A stretch of DNA of 64,000 nucleotides from Hydrolagus colliei (taxonomy: Eukaryota): positions 8,370,001 to 8,434,000 of the forward strand of contig CM068761.1 in NCBI GenBank assembly GCA_035084275.1, given 5' to 3'. A program made the position numbers and the translations under genes. Position 1 is the stretch's first letter, and each line of letters starts with the position of its first letter. Below the pieces are notes generated by a model that saw nothing but the letters and a program-made list of their open reading frames with translations, was not told the origin of the DNA and did not search any database. This document shows, one piece after another, positions 59,652-64,000 of this stretch.

Positions 59652-62230
59652 ATAACAACAGCAAAATTATATTGATAGAGCGCCTTGCATGTCAGGAGGA
59701 TGTCGCAAGGCGCTGAACAATTAGATCATGTCCGATCGGGTAAAGGGCTGGGGGGTGGGGGGTGTCGTGCAAGAGCGTAGGAAAGGTGGGAGAGTTTGGA
59801 GGGGTGGAGAAGGCACGATCGAAGAGGAAGCTGTTGAGACTGGTGTTAAGGAGGAAAGGGAGGAAGAGAGGCGAACGGGTTGCAGGATGGAGTTCCAGAG
59901 TGTGGGACAGAGTGGCTGAAAGCCCGTCCACCGATGGTAGGTCAGTTTTGGGCGGGGGACATGGAGCAGAAAAGAGTCCGCTAAATGGTGTGGATGGGCA
60001 GGCTGATAGGGAAGCAGTAGTTTGGAAAGATAGGTGGGGGCAAGGCCATGAATGGCCTTGAAAGTGAGGACGAGGATCTGTAATTTAACCCTATTGAAGA
60101 TGAGGAGCCAGTGGAGTTGGGCGAGGGTGTGAGTGATGTGGTCACAGAGCCTTGTGCAGGAGAGTCCACGAGCTGCAGATTTCTGAATAATCTGCCGTAG
60201 GGGAGCCTAGATGTGATGAAAGCGTGGATGAGTGTTTCAGCAGCATGGGGGGTGAGGTAGTGGCGGAGGAGGTGGAAGTCTGTACTTGTCATGGCGCGGA
60301 TTTGGGGGAGGAAGGATAGTTTGCAGTGGAACAAGCTACCCAGATTGCTGACTGGTTTCAAGAGGTGGAGAGTGCAGCCTTGAATGCCGATGTTGCCAGC
60401 ACCTGAGGTGCTGAGGCGCAGACGCCAGTGAATCAGGATGGCCTCTGTTTGTTGATATTTAGTTGGAGGAATTTGTCCCTTGTCCGGGAATAAATGTTGG
60501 ATAGACATGCAGTCACAATGCTATTAATCCGGGAGTTGATGGTGGAAGCGGAAAGGTAGAGTCGGGTGTCATCCGCGCACATGTGGAAATTTACCACGTA
60601 TGATGTCACCGAGGGTGAAGGAAGCATGTAGATGGTGAGGAGCAGGGGGCCAAGAACAGAGGATGCCACATGTGACTGTACAAGGGCTGGAGGAAAAGCC
60701 GTTAGGGGAGAAAAACTGAAAGCTGTGTGAGACATATTGCTGGAACTAATCAAGAACAAACCCTTGAAAATTGAGGAGGGAAAAGAGGCGGGAGAGGAGA
60801 ATTGCATGGTCAAAGGCAGTGGATAAATTGAGGAGGACGAGGAGGCAGAGGGAGGCCTGGCACAGATGGTCAGGTTGTCATTTGTGCCCTTGACCAGAGC
60901 AGTTTCCCACCCCGATTGGAGGTGTACGAAAAGTGATTGGGTTGAGTGGAAAGAGTGGAACTGTGAAGCAACACCTCTTCCGCTGACCTTAGACCGGAAA
61001 GGGAGAATGGAGATGGGCAGGTAACTCGAGAGCTGCAACATATTGAGAGACGTTTTCTTTAGGATGGGGGTGATAGTGGCAGATTTGACGTGAGTAGGAA
61101 TGGTGCCAGATGAAAGGTGGCAGGTTAATGGTGTCGGCAATTCGTGGGGCTAGAAGGTGGAGCTGAGTGGTAAGAAGAGGGGTTTGGATGGGGGTGAAGG
61201 GAGCAGGTGATGTGCTTGATGGAGTCGATGGTTTTTGTGATGGAGGATGGGGAGATGGTATGGAATGCGTGGAAGGAGGGATGGTTAGGAGACAGGATTT
61301 GGGGGGAGGTGACAATGGGGTGGAAGTTGGAGGGACGGTGAATCGCAGAGCAGATTTCCTCGATTTTGGACTCAAGGAAATCCAGCATCTCCTCGCAGCG
61401 GGAGTTCGAGGAAAGGATATGTGAGGCAACGTGAGGCAGTGGGCGGGACTACAGGAAAACAATGAGTGGATGGAAGACCTGGTTGGTGTTGGAGAAAAGC
61501 ATTCAGGGTTTGTACTTCGCCTCCACGATTATTCTGGAGGAGAAGGACTATTTGGTGGAGGCTACAGTGGAGTGGCACGATGAAGTGAGGTCCAGCCAGA
61601 TGTGCCATTGGTCAGTTAGGCGGGATTTGAGCCAGGTGCGTCAGTGGCCCGAATCTGGCCCTTGAGGAAATGGAGGTGAGTGGTGAACCAGATTGATGTT
61701 TGGAAGTAGGAGGCAGTTTGATAGGTGAGGGGGGCAAGTGCTTTGAATGTGGTGGAGGGGGTTTTGTGGAGGAGAGTAAGTGCAGAGAATGCGTCAGTGC
61801 TGAAGGTGTGCCAGAGGGAGCGAAATGTGGAGGACTCTAAGGTCGCAGAGAAAGTTTGTGGGGAATCTTCTTCCATGGGCGGTATAAGATGGCGGTAGGC
61901 TTGGGGGTGGAGGGGAGAGTGTTCGGAGATGGCCTTGTTGGTGATCGTGAAATCAGAGACACTGAAGCTCAGGGTGATCACCAAGTTAAACCGGTGGTCG
62001 TGAATGTGTGTGGCGGAGTGGATGTAGAGGGAGGGGTTGAGAGAGGAGAGGAGGGAGGAGAATTCTGAGGAGGTGGAGCAAGTGAGAGTGAAGTGGAGGT
62101 TGATGTCGCCGAGGATGATGAGATGAAACGTGACATCCGATCGGAGGAGGATCAGCGGTAAGCTAGGAGTGTGGAGAAGTCAGAGGTGAAGGTTTGGGAG
62201 AGTCAGTGCTGGAGGTGACTAAATATAAAA
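59652..62230 (-). mobile_element. Long degenerate L2 LINE (paralogue of 31953-35050, without the solo LTR)
   Basis: ORFs 59981-60508 and 60433-61140 with L2 RT remnants (NFHMCADDTRLYLS). Confidence 0.8.
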
Positions 62231-64000
62231 ATAAGATAAAAAGGCCATTAAGAAAACACTGACTGGAGATGGTTGATGTGGTCATTGCAAACACACTCTG
62301 GGGATCCGCACAAGAGGCAGGTAATCCCGCCTCTTCATCTGAATGACTCCGCCCCCTCCCACTCACTGATCACATCCACCATCTCCAGTAAGTATTCCCT
62401 TAATAGTATTTAGTATCTTATTTATATATTTACCAAATAACTAATATAAAATTTAGTCAGCTAATATCGCTTCGATTAATCCAATTGCTAATTATTTTTT
62501 CTAGCTATTTATTAATTCGTCAATGACGAATAATCGAAACAACCTATATTGAGACATATAGCGAGGAGTGCCCCTATATACGTGAGTAAAACAAGGCAGC
62601 ACATTACACACAGGTGTAGCCCACAAACCGCTGGATTTAAATGACTACTTTATTGTTTTTTTAAGGGATTGTTAGGTATGTGATGTAAGTAAACTTGCCC
62701 AATGTTTCGCGCTTCCTGGAATTGAGTCCAATTCTCTCACTTTTAAGGCATGCGCTCTATCCACTGAGTTACTAGACTCCTCAGTTGAAGGGTCCTCAGG
62801 CATCCATCAGTATATATATTATAATGATGATAATAGGAGGCGGCGCCAATTCATGCAGATAGATGGGTAATCTGTAATAAACCAGACATTAGAATAAAAA
62901 ATAGATAGTAAATGTAGCAGAACACGTGTGGCTTTAATATGTGCTGACAACATAAGAAATAAGGAACTAGGGAAGATGAGGAACCATATCGATCTGGAAA
63001 TGGAATGTGGAAGACATGTTGCAGTATAAATCATACATAAATCCTATAGTTGAATGTTTAGAGCACTCGCCATACAAGCAAGTGATCCGGTTTCAATTCC
63101 AGATAGGGCGCAATCTTGAGCAAGTTTCCATACACCATATGGCTCATCCCTCAAAAGAGGGAATCATAAATTGCTCACTTCAATCTGCAACTGTTTGTGG
63201 GACACTGCTGATATGTTCCGCTGATATATATTCACTATTTTTTGATAGATATCGGTCATTGTGTAAAGCGCTTTGAGACGTCTAGAAGATGAAAGGATTG
63301 GTATTATTACTTAGGATTTGTTTTAGTCGTCCATAAATATTTCCAAAGGAATAGTAACAATTTGTTGCGTTTTGTTTTGGTTTGATGCATCTGCAATCAT
63401 CTGGAAATCTTTGCATTGACAGCAATATTCTTAGACAATCAAAATAATCCATGTTTGTGATATTCGTGAATGTTTGAGTGGAAATGATACCTGTGCCTTT
63501 TGAAGTAAAGACAGAGGATCTCATAATTCAGTATGAATTTAACAGGGTGAAAATTTCGTCAAATTTTAAAATACCACAATAATCGGGTACATTTTGCCAC
63601 ATGTTGGATTTCTACCCAAGCTTCTGATAGATCAGATGTGGGAAGATTCAGGCGACGAACACTCAATCTGTGGAGGGCGCTGCCTCACAATAAATAAAAA
63701 CATTGCTTCACTCTCACCGAGGCAACAATTTTAAATGACTGTCAGTTTGAATTCTATAGCTTAAATGAAATCTATTCAGGTTGTTGCTACTTGTAGTGTC
63801 TGTTTTTGTAGCCAAACACAGTGCTTGTTTTGCAGCAGCAATATCACTCAACAAATGAAAAACAAAAATGGTAAATAATCTTATGCACAGTTATTCCTGG
63901 CTCCAAGACAAACTTTCTTTCACTTTCCATTAATTAATTCCATGGAAACTCTGATATCCACCTGAGCCATCAACAACTTCAATTAGCATCATATTGTAAA

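Larger units (their letters stand above)
19200..64000 (+). repeat. Tandem segmental duplication array of light-chain miniloci (~8, ~16 and ~11.6 kb periods)
   Basis: Alignable spacers: 30.0-32.6 = 46.1-49.0 = 57.7-60.6 kb; 39.3-41.9 = 52.7-55.55 kb; 35.2-35.9 plus 38.0-38.6 = 62.35-63.9 kb; 25.7-27.3 = 41.75-43.1 kb. Confidence 0.9.

Overview
Cartilaginous-fish (shark, ray or chimaera; species not determinable from sequence) immunoglobulin light-chain locus of the lambda / type II (NS3-like) class, arranged as tandem miniloci on the + strand. Positions 1-19.2 kb are almost all repeats: L2 and CR1 LINE fragments, tRNA-derived SINEs, two hAT MITEs with perfect 8-bp TSDs, and an internally deleted Gypsy element. 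Three clusters follow, each with octamer promoter, leader exon, germline-joined VJ exon (no RSS) and C exon: 19408-22582, 27477-29996 and 43255-46138. A fourth unit keeps an intact C exon (57392-57714), but its promoter, leader and VJ were removed by a clean ~2.1-kb deletion at ~55556. Less obvious observations: (1) cluster 1 has a second splice acceptor plus the first 44 bp of a C exon inside its J-C intron (21083-21126), predicting a V-J protein with a 28-aa tail and no C domain; (2) CDR lengths differ between the three germline VJ genes while frameworks are near-identical and patchwork; (3) a chimeric histone H2B + RUNDC1-like pseudogene is carried in two of the spacers; (4) two near-identical CR1 copies form an inverted repeat around cluster 3. 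All alignments and motif calls were made by eye and family names come from recall, not database searches.
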